Positions 51,501 through 61,356 of a stretch of 64,000 nucleotides of DNA are shown piece after piece; position 1 is the stretch's first letter, and every line of letters begins with the position of its first letter. A program made the translations under genes and the position numbers. The notes under the pieces are model-generated. The model was not told where the DNA came from. It made no database searches and saw only the letters and a list, made by a program, of their open reading frames with translations. The stretch comes from Alphaproteobacteria bacterium (GTDB lineage Bacteria > Pseudomonadota > Alphaproteobacteria > CALKHQ01). The stretch covers positions 160,001 through 224,000 of the forward strand of contig CBDDFZ010000001.1 in the NCBI GenBank assembly GCA_965227515.1, read 5' to 3'.

Positions 51501-54500
51501 CAACACCATCGACGGCGCTTTCGGGCTGACGGTGAATGCCGGCGGCAACATCACCTTCGGCAACGATGCGACCGATCTGGTTGGCGGCACGACGGCGTTG
51601 ACCAGCCTGTCGGCCACATCGACCGGCGGCCAGGTCAACGTCAACTCAGCCATAACGACCAACAATGGCGCGATCACCATCAACGCCGATCTGATCGATC
51701 TGGCAGCCGCACTGAATGCCGGCACTGGCATCGCCACCCTGGCGCCCGGTACCGCCGGGCAAACGATCAGCCTCGGCACCACGGTCGCCGGCAGCTTGAG
51801 CTTGCTCGATACCGGCATCGACCTCGTCACCGCCGGCATATTGCGCATCGGGTCGGCTACCGCCGGCTCGATCACCTTCAACAGTGCGATCAGCCCGCTC
51901 AACGCCACCACCCTGTCGCTGATCACCGGCGACGCCATTGTCGACGGCAATGCAGGGCTGGATGTCACGGTATCCAATCTGGCCATGCAGGCCGTGAACG
52001 GCATTGCCGACCGCACCGGCAACCCGATCATCGAGACTAATGTCGACACCGTCGCCGCGCGCAACACCACCGACGGTTCGATAAATATTGTTGAACAGTC
52101 GGGCGGCGGCAATCTTACCATTGGCACCGTCGACGGCGTTGTCGGCATCCGCAACGAGGTCACGGCTGGCGCACGACGGTCGACCCAGATCGAGACCAAC
52201 AACGGCGATCTCATCGTCAACGCCGATATCTTCAACAGTCGCGGTAACACATTCATTGTCGCCCAGCATGTCGGCAATGGCGACCGCCTGTTCGACAACA
52301 ACGCAGCGATCAGCAACTCCGACCGCCAGATCGAAATCCGTGCCAACAACATGTCTCTGGAAGGCGGCACCATCAATGCTGGCAGCAACCGCGTGATCGT
52401 GAGGCCGGAGCTTGCGGGCGTTGCGATCAATCTGGGCGGAGCGGATGCGGCTGGCGTGCTGGGACTGACCGACGCCGAGATCGACACGATCACGACGACG
52501 GGTGTGCTGCAGATCGGCCATGCAAGCTCGGGCGCCATCACTTTCAGTGGCGGTATCACACCTGCCAACGTCGACACCGTAGCGCTTCAGACCGGGGCGC
52601 AGGTCATCAATGACATGGCCGACATCAACATCGCGGTCACCAACCTGGCCATCCGCAGCGGCATGGGCATCGGCGTAACGCCAGGTTCAGTTTCCAACAG
52701 GGCGATGTTCTTCGATGTATCAAATATCGCATTCGAAAACGCCGACGATTTGGTCTCCTTCAACAGCTTCAGCGACCTGACCATCGCGGAGGTGGATGGC
52801 CTGACCGAGTCGACAAACACTTTGTTCAATACGAACATCAATGCACCGAGCATCACGTTCGCCACGGATCTCACCACGGGCCTGACGGGCCGATTCACCG
52901 CGCCCGTGATCAATGTGAACAACGGGGTGGAGGTAAGCTCCACCAGTGGAGCCCTGTCGTTCCAGAATGTCAGCGGCAACCTCACGATCAATCTCGACGG
53001 CAATCTGACGGCCCCCGGCGGCATTTCAGGCAACGGCACCATCATCAATGTCCTCAGCGACACCGGCGGCGCAGAGATTCAGGATGCGGTCGATGTGGCC
53101 AGGTCGAATGCCACGGCCGCCAATCCCGTCACCATCGACGTTGCCGTCGGCACCTACGACAGCTTCGTCGTCGACAAGGAATTCATCACCGTCAGTGGTG
53201 CGGGCAGCGACTTCGACGACACGGTCGGCACCGTGGTGCTGACCGGCACGCCGGCCATCACCATCGTGGCCAGCAACACCACAATCCAGAATATGGCGCT
53301 GACCGCGAGCGGCCTGCCGGACATCGGCATTGCCATCAACGGCGACCCGGCGGTTCAGACCGACCCGACCGACCCGGCCACGACTGGCGTCGCCGATCTG
53401 ACAGGCATCGAGATTATCAATGTCGATTTCTCGAACCTCACATTCGGGGTGCTCACCATCGGCGATATCGGCGACGGGACCGCGGCGGTGGACGTGACCG
53501 TTCGCGGCAATTCCAGCGCCGACAAAGCGGTCTTCGAGGATATGACGCAGGTCGCCATCGCCGTGGGCGACACCGACAGCGACGCTGTCTACTTGATCAA
53601 GGATCTGATCCTCCAGGACGGCAGCGACGCCGACGACCTGTCAGCCGGCATCGATGGCATCGCGCTGGGCGCCATCGCGGCAGCGACGATCCAGGGCGTG
53701 AACATGACCCACGCTGCGGACTTCGACGGCATCTTCGTCGGGCCCACGCTGACCAACGCCACCATCCTGATCGGCGGTCCGACCTCGGAAGACGCCAACA
53801 CGATCCGGGGCCTGAGCGACGGCATCGACACTTCGACCATCAGCGGCGGCAGCTTCATCGTTCAGGGCAACGACCTGATCTTCGGCGACGACGACGCATT
53901 CGACGTCAATGGTCAGATCATCGACAGCGCCAATGTCCAGGTCCTGGACAACACCAGCATCCTCGGCAACGAGGACGGCTTGGACTTCGGGGCGATCCTG
54001 GGCAGCACCGTGACCGTGTCGGGGAATCAATCGATCATGGCGACGGACCCAACAACTGGCAGCGACGCCATCGAGTTCGGGGGCGAGATCGGCCTGGGAT
54101 CGACCGTCAACGTCACCAACAACGTCAACATTGTCGGTTTCGAAGAGGGCCTCGACATCTTCGATCTGACGGGCGGCACGTTCACCGTGGCCAACAATAC
54201 CCTGATCCAGGGCCAGACCCAGAACGGCATCGAGTTCGAAGGGTTCATATTTGGTACGGCACAGGTCGTCGTGCGCGACAACACCGACATTCTGGGCGAC
54301 ATCTTCGGGATCGAGTTTCAAGAGGAAATCCTTGGCGCCACGTCGGTCACCATCGATGGTAACGGTACGGCGCTGCACGTTGGCGCTGCATATGATGGGT
54401 CCCAGCAGGTCGACCTGGCCCAGTTCGTGACAGTGGGCCGGATCCAAAACGGCATTGCATTCACCGCCATTTCCGGGGATGCGGCCGTCACCGTCAGCCG

Positions 54501-55386
54501 CAACATCATCAGTGGCGGCAACGACACCGGGGTCGATTTCGCCGGTTCGATCGACACGACCAGCACAACCGCCATCCACAACAACTTCATCCTGGGCCAT
54601 GGCGGCCACGGCGTGTCGTTCACGTCGAACATCGCCAGCACGGTCGAGGTGTTCCAGAACTTCATCGCCGGCAATGGCGGCAATGGCGTCAATGTCGGGC
54701 GCGGCAGCATCGGCACCGACCTGCTGCTGGTGCAGCAGAACTTCCTGCCCGGCGCCGGGTTCGCCAACGGCAATGGCGGGTTCGCGTTCAGCCACATCGG
54801 CACCGGCACGCCGGATATCGAAGGCAATTGGTGGGGCACGCCGTTCGCGGTGTTCCTGCCCGCCGTGTTCAACGGCGTCTCGATACCGGCGCAAGTCCTG
54901 GCCACGGGCCAGGACACCAATATCGAGGCGACGCTGGGCGTCACGACCTTCGATCCGTTCGCGTTCCAGAACCAGTTCCTCGTGGCGCCACAACCGCTGC
55001 CGCCCGAGCCGCCATTCGATTTCAACGCCATCGCCTTGTCGCTTGAGTTCCCGGAGCAGACCGATCCGGCACTGGCGCCGGGCGACAGGGAATCCGGCCG
55101 CGCGGCGACCGACGCCATCAACGACTTCAACGACGTCTACGGCCTCTCGTTCGGGCTCGCCGAAACCGGCGACCTGGCCGGCCTGACACCTGCGGCCGGC
55201 GGCACCCCATGCGCCTTGTCGGTGGAGAACGGCACGCCGACGATCAGCTGCGGTTCCGGCGGCGGGCTGGAGGGCCTGTCACCGGCGGCTGGCGGGCCGG
55301 GGGGCGGCGATGGCGACTTCGGCCAGTTCCTGCAGGACTTCCTGAACGGCAACACGTTCGGCGGCGGCATCACCTGGCCTGGGTAG
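48586..55386 (+). CDS. Large filamentous-haemagglutinin/TpsA-like beta-helical exoprotein (2266 aa)
   Basis: Signal peptide, TPS secretion domain (WSSFDV, LNRV, NPAGI), G.GGFVEVSG...G.LLLDP, and G/T/N-rich beta-helix repeats. Confidence 0.85.
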   Translation: MGHARHERPQSGHSTILACTGGGSHKHTLASRFSCAKNTRNCRSRSVSLRHSTALTAAAVAGAIAAPSIALALPQDGNVVEGQAEIIYGSNSVEIVQGSDRVIIEWSSFDVGVDESVNFVQPSQLASALNRVLSGQSSAILGSLTGNGQITIVNPAGIHFGATANVDVAAITATTIDIINANFMANNLAFDQFNDDFANATVTNDGSITVQDSGLAALVAPGVANNGIIAARTGAVVLASGTAFTVDPYGDGLIQFAVNAPTTEAPEGMDALVSNSGEIYADGGTVILTAEAVSGIVDNVVNMDGVIQAQTIEGRNGQIALVGGDGAGAVNVAGTLDASGNDAGEAGGTVHVLGDQVALNVGANVDVSGAAGGGEALIGGAYQGGAQAAGAALQYQQTASGLNIISDTAFETDGYTPTSDITYFDADATANASATVDGDGGNVIVWGDTATGFFGAVSAQGGASGGDGGFVEVSGASYLDFSGTVDTSAVAGATGDLLLDPVTMLIILGRGDGEADDDTSNLSWLDSGENDFDALTSSITESEIETQNTNFTIRATRFVRVEDGGTVTGSFGDGVVQLQNNRSLTIETRGMAGDGNGEIDLTGSATFGADLIFRTTGSGSITILGSEDGSRVSNIVLSRLETENGDISVTTNIGNITAENDLTVTGTGGITLQANDVLTIDLGALVTTQGGTVSFTAGDRIVVDAPLTLTGDTTLTSTGAGNVTFNSTIDGTFNLTVNTAGVTLFDGNIGGTTRVGDITTDAAGSTTLQTLTLQTLGNLTFNDPVTGSGGLIITANQSAGTTTFASTVDGGDWIINEPTALTFGGAVGATTALTNLQIISTGGAVNINGGSVRVNNLLRLRGNLVFDSPTNTTTLQSVNNNEILLGHSPFNTIRSATDGEESLIINTTGTTRINGVVGDNNQRFDAITTNDGGTTVLTGGALNLAGNTLTFNDAVTLGADTVITDAGAVTFNNTIDGAFGLTVNAGGNITFGNDATDLVGGTTALTSLSATSTGGQVNVNSAITTNNGAITINADLIDLAAALNAGTGIATLAPGTAGQTISLGTTVAGSLSLLDTGIDLVTAGILRIGSATAGSITFNSAISPLNATTLSLITGDAIVDGNAGLDVTVSNLAMQAVNGIADRTGNPIIETNVDTVAARNTTDGSINIVEQSGGGNLTIGTVDGVVGIRNEVTAGARRSTQIETNNGDLIVNADIFNSRGNTFIVAQHVGNGDRLFDNNAAISNSDRQIEIRANNMSLEGGTINAGSNRVIVRPELAGVAINLGGADAAGVLGLTDAEIDTITTTGVLQIGHASSGAITFSGGITPANVDTVALQTGAQVINDMADINIAVTNLAIRSGMGIGVTPGSVSNRAMFFDVSNIAFENADDLVSFNSFSDLTIAEVDGLTESTNTLFNTNINAPSITFATDLTTGLTGRFTAPVINVNNGVEVSSTSGALSFQNVSGNLTINLDGNLTAPGGISGNGTIINVLSDTGGAEIQDAVDVARSNATAANPVTIDVAVGTYDSFVVDKEFITVSGAGSDFDDTVGTVVLTGTPAITIVASNTTIQNMALTASGLPDIGIAINGDPAVQTDPTDPATTGVADLTGIEIINVDFSNLTFGVLTIGDIGDGTAAVDVTVRGNSSADKAVFEDMTQVAIAVGDTDSDAVYLIKDLILQDGSDADDLSAGIDGIALGAIAAATIQGVNMTHAADFDGIFVGPTLTNATILIGGPTSEDANTIRGLSDGIDTSTISGGSFIVQGNDLIFGDDDAFDVNGQIIDSANVQVLDNTSILGNEDGLDFGAILGSTVTVSGNQSIMATDPTTGSDAIEFGGEIGLGSTVNVTNNVNIVGFEEGLDIFDLTGGTFTVANNTLIQGQTQNGIEFEGFIFGTAQVVVRDNTDILGDIFGIEFQEEILGATSVTIDGNGTALHVGAAYDGSQQVDLAQFVTVGRIQNGIAFTAISGDAAVTVSRNIISGGNDTGVDFAGSIDTTSTTAIHNNFILGHGGHGVSFTSNIASTVEVFQNFIAGNGGNGVNVGRGSIGTDLLLVQQNFLPGAGFANGNGGFAFSHIGTGTPDIEGNWWGTPFAVFLPAVFNGVSIPAQVLATGQDTNIEATLGVTTFDPFAFQNQFLVAPQPLPPEPPFDFNAIALSLEFPEQTDPALAPGDRESGRAATDAINDFNDVYGLSFGLAETGDLAGLTPAAGGTPCALSVENGTPTISCGSGGGLEGLSPAAGGPGGGDGDFGQFLQDFLNGNTFGGGITWPG

Positions 55387-55427
55387 ATCGGACCGCGAAC
55401 ATCCGGCAGCGGTGGCGGCGACCCGTT

Positions 55428-55907
55428 CTACTGCTGCTCCAATAGGGCACACCAGTCGGGCCGTGCACCGCCGTGATCGGGCAGGCCGTGGCCGAGGTCG
55501 ATCATCCAGCCGGCGAGGTCGGTCCACGCACCGTCGCCGCCCATATCCACCATGACTGTGGCAATCGGCCAACCGCGCGGATCGGAGGCGAAGTCGACGC
55601 TTTGCAGCGCCACCACGCCGCCGGCATCCTCCAACAGGGACTCCAACGCCGCGGCGGCAGCCAGGCCGGCGGCCAGTTCGGCCTCGCAGGCATATTGGCC
55701 CGAGGTCATTTCCGGCGTGGCGAGGCCGCGCAGGCGGACCAGGATGTCGCCCGGCCGGTCCAGCCCGTTGAGGTCGACCCGAATGACCGATCCGGAGACG
55801 ACACCGATGGCCGGAACCGCACGCGGCTGCTGCTGCGCGACGGCACCCGCCGCCAGGATGGCGAGCATGCCGAGACCGACGGCAATCGCGGCGACGTATC
55901 GGTTCAT
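55428..55907 (-). CDS. Exported thermonuclease (SNase)-like protein with a degenerate active site
   Basis: VRLRGLATPE, DPRGWPIA and DLAGWMI..G.G......R..WC, matching SNase-family layout. Confidence 0.65.
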   Translation of the reverse strand: MNRYVAAIAVGLGMLAILAAGAVAQQQPRAVPAIGVVSGSVIRVDLNGLDRPGDILVRLRGLATPEMTSGQYACEAELAAGLAAAAALESLLEDAGGVVALQSVDFASDPRGWPIATVMVDMGGDGAWTDLAGWMIDLGHGLPDHGGARPDWCALLEQQ

Positions 55908-56089
55908 CCTTGTCTCCCAAACCCCGGCGCGCCAGCCGGGCGGCGCAGGCAATTGTAGCAGTTGCGGTTGCACGGTTCGCGATTGCGCACGCAATGCGCC
56001 GTGCGGCAATTGGGCGATCACGCCCGCTTGATGCCGCCGCTGCCAGCCCCTAGACTGCCCATTCCTGAGAAGAGAAAGTGTTTCCTGTC

Positions 56090-56872
56090 ATGACGCAATT
56101 GAGTCGACTTGACGGTCGCCGCGCGTTCGTCACCGGCGCCGGCACGGGCATCGGCCGGGCCATCGCCAACGCGCTGGCCGGGGCCGGCGCGCGGGTTGCG
56201 GTGACCGATATGGATGGTGCCGCAGCCGAACAGGCCGCAGCCGAGATCGGCGCCGACGCGCTGGGCCTGGCGGTCGACGTCACCGACCGCGCCAGCCTGG
56301 CCGCCGGCATGGATGCCACGCTCGAGGCCTTTGGCGGCCTCGACATCGTGTGCGCCAACGCCGGCGTTTCGAACATGAAGTGGTTCGTCGACCTGTCGGA
56401 GGACGACTGGGACTTCAACATGGACGTCAACGCCAAGGGCGTTTTCCTGACCAACCAGGAGGCGGTGCGCCGCTTCCTGTCGACCAAGACCGAGGGCGCC
56501 ATCGTCAACACGGCATCGCTGGCCGGCAAGGTCGGCTGCGCGCTGCTGGCGCACTATTCGGCCAGCAAGTTCGCGGTGGTTGGTCTAACCCAGGCGGTCG
56601 CGCGCGAAGTGGCCAGGCACGGCATCAGGGTGAACGCGGTCTGCCCCGGGTTCGTCGCCACCTCGATGCAGACCCGCGAGCTGGCGTGGGAAGCCTCGCT
56701 GCGCGGCACCACCGAGGATGCGGTGCGGCAGGACTATATCGACCAGACGCCGCTCGGCCGGCTGGAAACGCCGGAGGACGTGGCCGACGTCGTGGTGTTC
56801 CTGGCCAGCGACGCCGCGCGCTTCATGACCGGGCAGGCGGTCAACGTGACCGGGGGCGTCTACATGGGATAG
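56090..56872 (+). CDS. SDR family oxidoreductase (sugar/polyol dehydrogenase-like)
   Basis: TGAGTGIG, NAG, YSASK and NAVCPG motifs. Confidence 0.92.
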   Translation: MTQLSRLDGRRAFVTGAGTGIGRAIANALAGAGARVAVTDMDGAAAEQAAAEIGADALGLAVDVTDRASLAAGMDATLEAFGGLDIVCANAGVSNMKWFVDLSEDDWDFNMDVNAKGVFLTNQEAVRRFLSTKTEGAIVNTASLAGKVGCALLAHYSASKFAVVGLTQAVAREVARHGIRVNAVCPGFVATSMQTRELAWEASLRGTTEDAVRQDYIDQTPLGRLETPEDVADVVVFLASDAARFMTGQAVNVTGGVYMG

Positions 56873-56994
56873 CGCAGCGCCGCGGCGCGCCATCCAATGG
56901 GACCACCCGAAATGGCGCGACCCGAAGCGGCGCAACCACGGCCCCCCAATTCACCCGGCGGTTCAAACGCCATTTCAAACGGATCGCGCCGCAT

Positions 56995-57774
56995 GTGGTG
57001 CTGATCACGTTCAGCGCGTCGCTGGTGCTGCCGTTGCTGTGGGTGCTGCGCACCAGCCTGACCAACAAGCTCAACGCCTACAGGCTGCCGCCGGAGTGGA
57101 CGCCGCCGATCTTCGACAACTTCGTCGACATCTTCGTCGAGCACCCGTTCGACAAGTTTTTCCTGAACAGCATCATCATCGCGGTCGGCTCCACCGCCAT
57201 CGCCCTGCCGCTGGCCACCATGCTGGCCTACGCCTTCTGCCGCTTCAATACAGGCGGCGTCGGCCTGCGGATCAGCGTGCTGGCCAGCCAGATGCTGCCG
57301 CCGGTCATCCTGGTGCTGCCGCTGTTCTCGGTCTTCATGACGGTGGAGCTGATCAACAACCATCTCGGCATCATCCTGGCCCATGTCACCATCAACCTGC
57401 CGTTCCTGGCCTGGATGCTGGTCTCGTTCTTCGAGGGCGACGCGCGCCAGGTGGAGGAGGCCGCCCGAGTGGAGGGTGCCAACCGCCTGCAGGCGTTCCT
57501 GTACGTCGCGGTGCCGATGGCGACCCCCGGCATCGTGGCCGCCGGCCTGCTGGGCCTGATCCTGTCGTGGAACGAATTCCTCTACGCGCTGGTGTTGTCC
57601 GGCAAGGCAACGTCGACACTGCCGATCGGATTGTCGGCGCTGGAGACCCACCGCGGCGTGGAAATTGCTCTGCTGGCAGCGGCGACCTTGTTTTCGATCA
57701 CGCCGGTGTTCGTGATGCTGCCGTTCCTGAAAAAGTACCTGATCAAGGGACTGGCCCTGGGAGCGGTGAAGTAG
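56995..57774 (+). CDS. Carbohydrate ABC transporter permease (MalG-like); start uncertain
   Basis: FFLNS, EEAARVEGA (EAA loop), SWNEFL and GL.LGAVK motifs. Confidence 0.88.
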   Translation: MVLITFSASLVLPLLWVLRTSLTNKLNAYRLPPEWTPPIFDNFVDIFVEHPFDKFFLNSIIIAVGSTAIALPLATMLAYAFCRFNTGGVGLRISVLASQMLPPVILVLPLFSVFMTVELINNHLGIILAHVTINLPFLAWMLVSFFEGDARQVEEAARVEGANRLQAFLYVAVPMATPGIVAAGLLGLILSWNEFLYALVLSGKATSTLPIGLSALETHRGVEIALLAAATLFSITPVFVMLPFLKKYLIKGLALGAVK

Positions 57775-57819
57775 GTGCCGGCGCCTGGCCGTAGGCGCAT
57801 CAACAGGAGGAGGACGACA

Positions 57820-59085
57820 ATGCAAGGCAAGACGTTATTGCTCGCCACCGCGGTGGCGGCGCTGCCGAGCGCGGCAATGGCCGAGACCATCAGCATCCTG
57901 ATGGAGAGCGTGCCCGACACCCGCTTCGTGCAGGAGGTGGTGCCGCAGTTCACCGAGGCGACCGGCATCGAAGTCGACATCGAGGTCGTCAACTACGCCG
58001 AGATGCACCCCAAGCTGGTCCCCCAGCTGGTCGCGTCGGAAGGCAGCTACGATGTCATCGTTGTCGACTTCTACTGGGTCGGCGAGTTCATCAAGGCCGG
58101 CTGGCTGCAGCCGCTGGACGACCGGATCGCGGCGTCGGGCATGGACACCAGCGTCTACGTGCCGGTGCTGATGGACCTGGTCGGCCAGGTCGACGGCACG
58201 ACCTACATGCTGCCGTTCTACAACTACGCCATGGGCCTGACCTACCGGCAGGACCTGATCGACGACCCGGACAACCAGGCCGCGTTCGAGGCCGAGTACG
58301 GCATGCCCCTGCAGGTGCCGCAGACCTGGGAGGAGTACAAGGCCCAGGTCGCGTTCTTCACCGACAAGGACGAAGGTTTCTATGGCGTGGTCAACCAGGG
58401 CCTGCGCCCCGACCCGATCGCCATGGAATGGTCGAACTACCTGTTCGCCAATGGCGGCCAGTTCTATGACGAGAACTGGAACCCGACCCTGAACACGCCG
58501 GAGGGCGTGGCGGCGCTGAACGACTACATCGGCATGATCAACGACTATGGCCCGTTGGGCGCGGCCAGCTTCGGCTTCGACGAGGCGTTCAACGTCGCGG
58601 CCCAGGGCGATGCGTACAGCTACCTGACCTACAACATGTTCCGCACCGCCTATGACGACCCCGAGCAGTCGGCGGTTGTCGGCCAGATGGAACTGGCGCC
58701 GGTGCCGAACGGCGGCTTGAACGGCGCCTGGGGGTGGGCGATCCCGGTCTCCAGCCCGGACCCGGACGCGGCGTGGCAGTTCCTGGAGTGGATCGAATCG
58801 CCCGAGATCGCCAAGCAGCGCGCCATGCTGGGCGGTTCGCCGACCCGTTTCGACGTGTTCGACGACGAGGAGCTGAACGCAACCTACCCCTACTACCCGG
58901 CGCTGCGGGCGCTGCTCGACACGTCGCACAACTTCCCGGTGTTCACCTACACGCCGGAGCTGGTCGACATCATGGGCCGCGAACTGTCGCTGGCGGTGAC
59001 CGGCGAGAAGACGCCCGAGGAGGCGCTGGCCGCCATCGAGGTCGACTTCGCCGAACTGCTGCGCGAGGACGGCAAGCTCGAATAG
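57820..59085 (+). CDS. Carbohydrate ABC transporter substrate-binding protein
   Basis: AGGAGG RBS, signal peptide, FTEATGIEV, YDVI, and AAWQFLEW motifs. Confidence 0.92.
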   Translation: MQGKTLLLATAVAALPSAAMAETISILMESVPDTRFVQEVVPQFTEATGIEVDIEVVNYAEMHPKLVPQLVASEGSYDVIVVDFYWVGEFIKAGWLQPLDDRIAASGMDTSVYVPVLMDLVGQVDGTTYMLPFYNYAMGLTYRQDLIDDPDNQAAFEAEYGMPLQVPQTWEEYKAQVAFFTDKDEGFYGVVNQGLRPDPIAMEWSNYLFANGGQFYDENWNPTLNTPEGVAALNDYIGMINDYGPLGAASFGFDEAFNVAAQGDAYSYLTYNMFRTAYDDPEQSAVVGQMELAPVPNGGLNGAWGWAIPVSSPDPDAAWQFLEWIESPEIAKQRAMLGGSPTRFDVFDDEELNATYPYYPALRALLDTSHNFPVFTYTPELVDIMGRELSLAVTGEKTPEEALAAIEVDFAELLREDGKLE

Positions 59086-59164
59086 CCGTCACGGGTTCCA
59101 TCGGGGCGGCGGCCATGGCGCCGTCGCCCCAGCACCGCATCGGTAACCGCAAAGCACACCCGCA

Positions 59165-60052
59165 TTGAGCATCTTCGATTCTACGCTGGCCGCCCGCGAC
59201 CGCAGGTTCGGCGCCCTGATGGCGACACCGGCGCTGATCGTGCTGGTGGCCGTGATCGTGGTGCCGGTGGCCCTGGCGCTCGCCACCAGCCTGTTCGACT
59301 ACACGCTGATCGAGATGAACTTCAACCGGTTCATCTGGTTCGACAATTTCCTGGAATCCCTCAACAATCCGGAATTCCACAACTCCATCATCGTCACCAC
59401 CGCGTTCGTGGCCGCGGTCGTCGCGCTGGAGTTCGCGATCGGCTTCGTCATCGCGCTGATGCTGAACACGGTGAAGCGCGGCAAGTCGGTCTACTACACC
59501 ATCCTGCTCATTCCGCTGCTGATCAACCCGGTGGTCGTCGGGCTGATCTGGCGCATGATGTTGCACCCGACCCTGGGCATCGTGAACTTCCTGATCGGCT
59601 ATGTCGGCATCTCGCCCGTCGACTGGCTGGGCGACCCGACCAACGCGTTCTGGACCATCGTGCTGGTCGACATCTGGCACCAGGTCTCGTTCATGGTGGT
59701 CCTGCTGCTGGCCGGCCTGTCGGCCTTGCCGTCCGAACCGGTGGAGGCGGCCCGGGCCGAGGGTGCGGGCACGCTGCAGGTGTTCTGGCACATCACGCTG
59801 CCGATGATGATGCCGGTGATCGCGGTGACCCTGCTGATCCGGCTGATCTTCGCCATCAAGACCTACGACCTGATCTACATCATGACCCGCGGCGGGCCCG
59901 GCGACGCGACCGACCTGATCAGCTACTACATCTACCGCTCGGCCTTCGCGCGCCTGAATTTGGGCGAGGCCGCGGCGCAGGCCCTGTTGCTGCTGGTCAT
60001 CGTCATCGTGCTGACCCTGATCCTCTATCGCGTCATGCGCACACAACGCTAA
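59165..60052 (+). CDS. Carbohydrate ABC transporter permease (MalF-like)
   Basis: DIWHQVSF, EAARAEGA, ITLPMM and MTRGGPG motifs. Confidence 0.92.
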   Translation: MSIFDSTLAARDRRFGALMATPALIVLVAVIVVPVALALATSLFDYTLIEMNFNRFIWFDNFLESLNNPEFHNSIIVTTAFVAAVVALEFAIGFVIALMLNTVKRGKSVYYTILLIPLLINPVVVGLIWRMMLHPTLGIVNFLIGYVGISPVDWLGDPTNAFWTIVLVDIWHQVSFMVVLLLAGLSALPSEPVEAARAEGAGTLQVFWHITLPMMMPVIAVTLLIRLIFAIKTYDLIYIMTRGGPGDATDLISYYIYRSAFARLNLGEAAAQALLLLVIVIVLTLILYRVMRTQR

Positions 60053-60070
60053 GCCGGGACCACCACAGGC

Positions 60071-61189
60071 ATGGCCGACATAAGTCTACGCAACATCACC
60101 AAGCGCTTCGCCGACGGCGTCGTCGCGGTGGACGGCATCGACCTCGACATCGCCGACGGCGAGTTCATGGTGCTGCTCGGCCCGTCCGGCTGCGGCAAGT
60201 CGACGACGCTGCGGATGATCGCCGGGCTGGAGACCATCACCGACGGCGACCTCTATATCGACGGCGACCGGGTCAACGAGATGGACCCGCGCGAGCGCGA
60301 CCTGGCGATCGTGTTCCAGAACTATGCGCTCTATCCGCACATGAACGTGGCGCGGAACTTGAGCTTCGGGCTCAGGCTGCGCGGCACGCCGAAGCCGGAG
60401 ATCGAGCGCCGGGTGGCGCAAACGGCGGAGATGCTGGAGATCGACCACCTGCTGGGCCGCCGGCCGAGCCAGATCTCCGGCGGCCAGCGCCAGCGCGTGG
60501 CCCTGGGCCGGGCGCTGATCCGCGAACCGCGCGCCTTCATGCTCGACGAGCCGCTGTCCAACCTGGACGCGCAGTTGCGCACAAGCATGCGCACCGAGCT
60601 GATCAAGCTGCACCGTCAGCTCGGCGCAACCATCGTGCACGTCACCCACGACCAGGTCGAAGCCATGACCATGGGCGCACGCATCTGCATCATGAACGAG
60701 GGGCGAATTGAGCAGGTCGGGCCGCCGCGCGACGTCTACCGCAATCCGGCGAACCTGTTCGTTGCCGGCTTCCTGGCCAGCCCGCCGATGAACCTGCTGC
60801 CCGCGCGCCTGGTGGGCGACGGCCACGGCCTGGCGGTCGTTGTCGGCGATGCCGCGCTGCCGGTGCCGGCGGCCTTCGCCGATGCGTATGGCGCGTACAG
60901 GGATCGCGAGGTCATTCTCGGCGTGCGGCCCGAGGACCTGTCGGCCGCCGCGCCGGACGTCGCCGGCCCCACCTTGCCGGTAACCGTCAGCACCATCGAG
61001 CTGATCGGGCCGGAGGTGATCATGATCGCCCAGTTCGCAGGCCCGCCGGAACGCGAGATCGCCGCCCGCCTGCACCGCTCGTTCGATGCCGATCCGGGCG
61101 CCGAGGTGCGGCTGAGCGTCGACATGACCCAGGCGCACCTGTTCGACTCCCAGACCACGGCGCTTATCCCACGACCGGATGGCGCTTGA
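60071..61189 (+). CDS. Carbohydrate ABC transporter ATPase (MalK/UgpC-like)
   Basis: GPSGCGKST, FQNYALYPHM, SGGQRQR, DEPLSNLD and VTHDQVEA motifs. Confidence 0.95.
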   Translation: MADISLRNITKRFADGVVAVDGIDLDIADGEFMVLLGPSGCGKSTTLRMIAGLETITDGDLYIDGDRVNEMDPRERDLAIVFQNYALYPHMNVARNLSFGLRLRGTPKPEIERRVAQTAEMLEIDHLLGRRPSQISGGQRQRVALGRALIREPRAFMLDEPLSNLDAQLRTSMRTELIKLHRQLGATIVHVTHDQVEAMTMGARICIMNEGRIEQVGPPRDVYRNPANLFVAGFLASPPMNLLPARLVGDGHGLAVVVGDAALPVPAAFADAYGAYRDREVILGVRPEDLSAAAPDVAGPTLPVTVSTIELIGPEVIMIAQFAGPPEREIAARLHRSFDADPGAEVRLSVDMTQAHLFDSQTTALIPRPDGA

Positions 61190-61253
61190 GTCCGGCGGCT
61201 CAATCCCCTCACTCAGCCTCTGTCTGAATATGCTCTTCTCACCAAAAGAAAAC

Positions 61254-61284
61254 TGTCATCCTCGCCCTTGTGGCGAGGATCCAT
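61254..61284 (+). repeat. CGTC-type REP, left member of pair 3
   Basis: TGTCATCCTCGCCCTTGTGGCGAGGATCCAT. Confidence 0.85.
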
Positions 61285-61356
61285 ATTTGTCCAGCACTTC
61301 AACACGTTAAAGCGTAGCGCCATGTGAGGTGGCAGATACCATATCTCGATAGTCTA

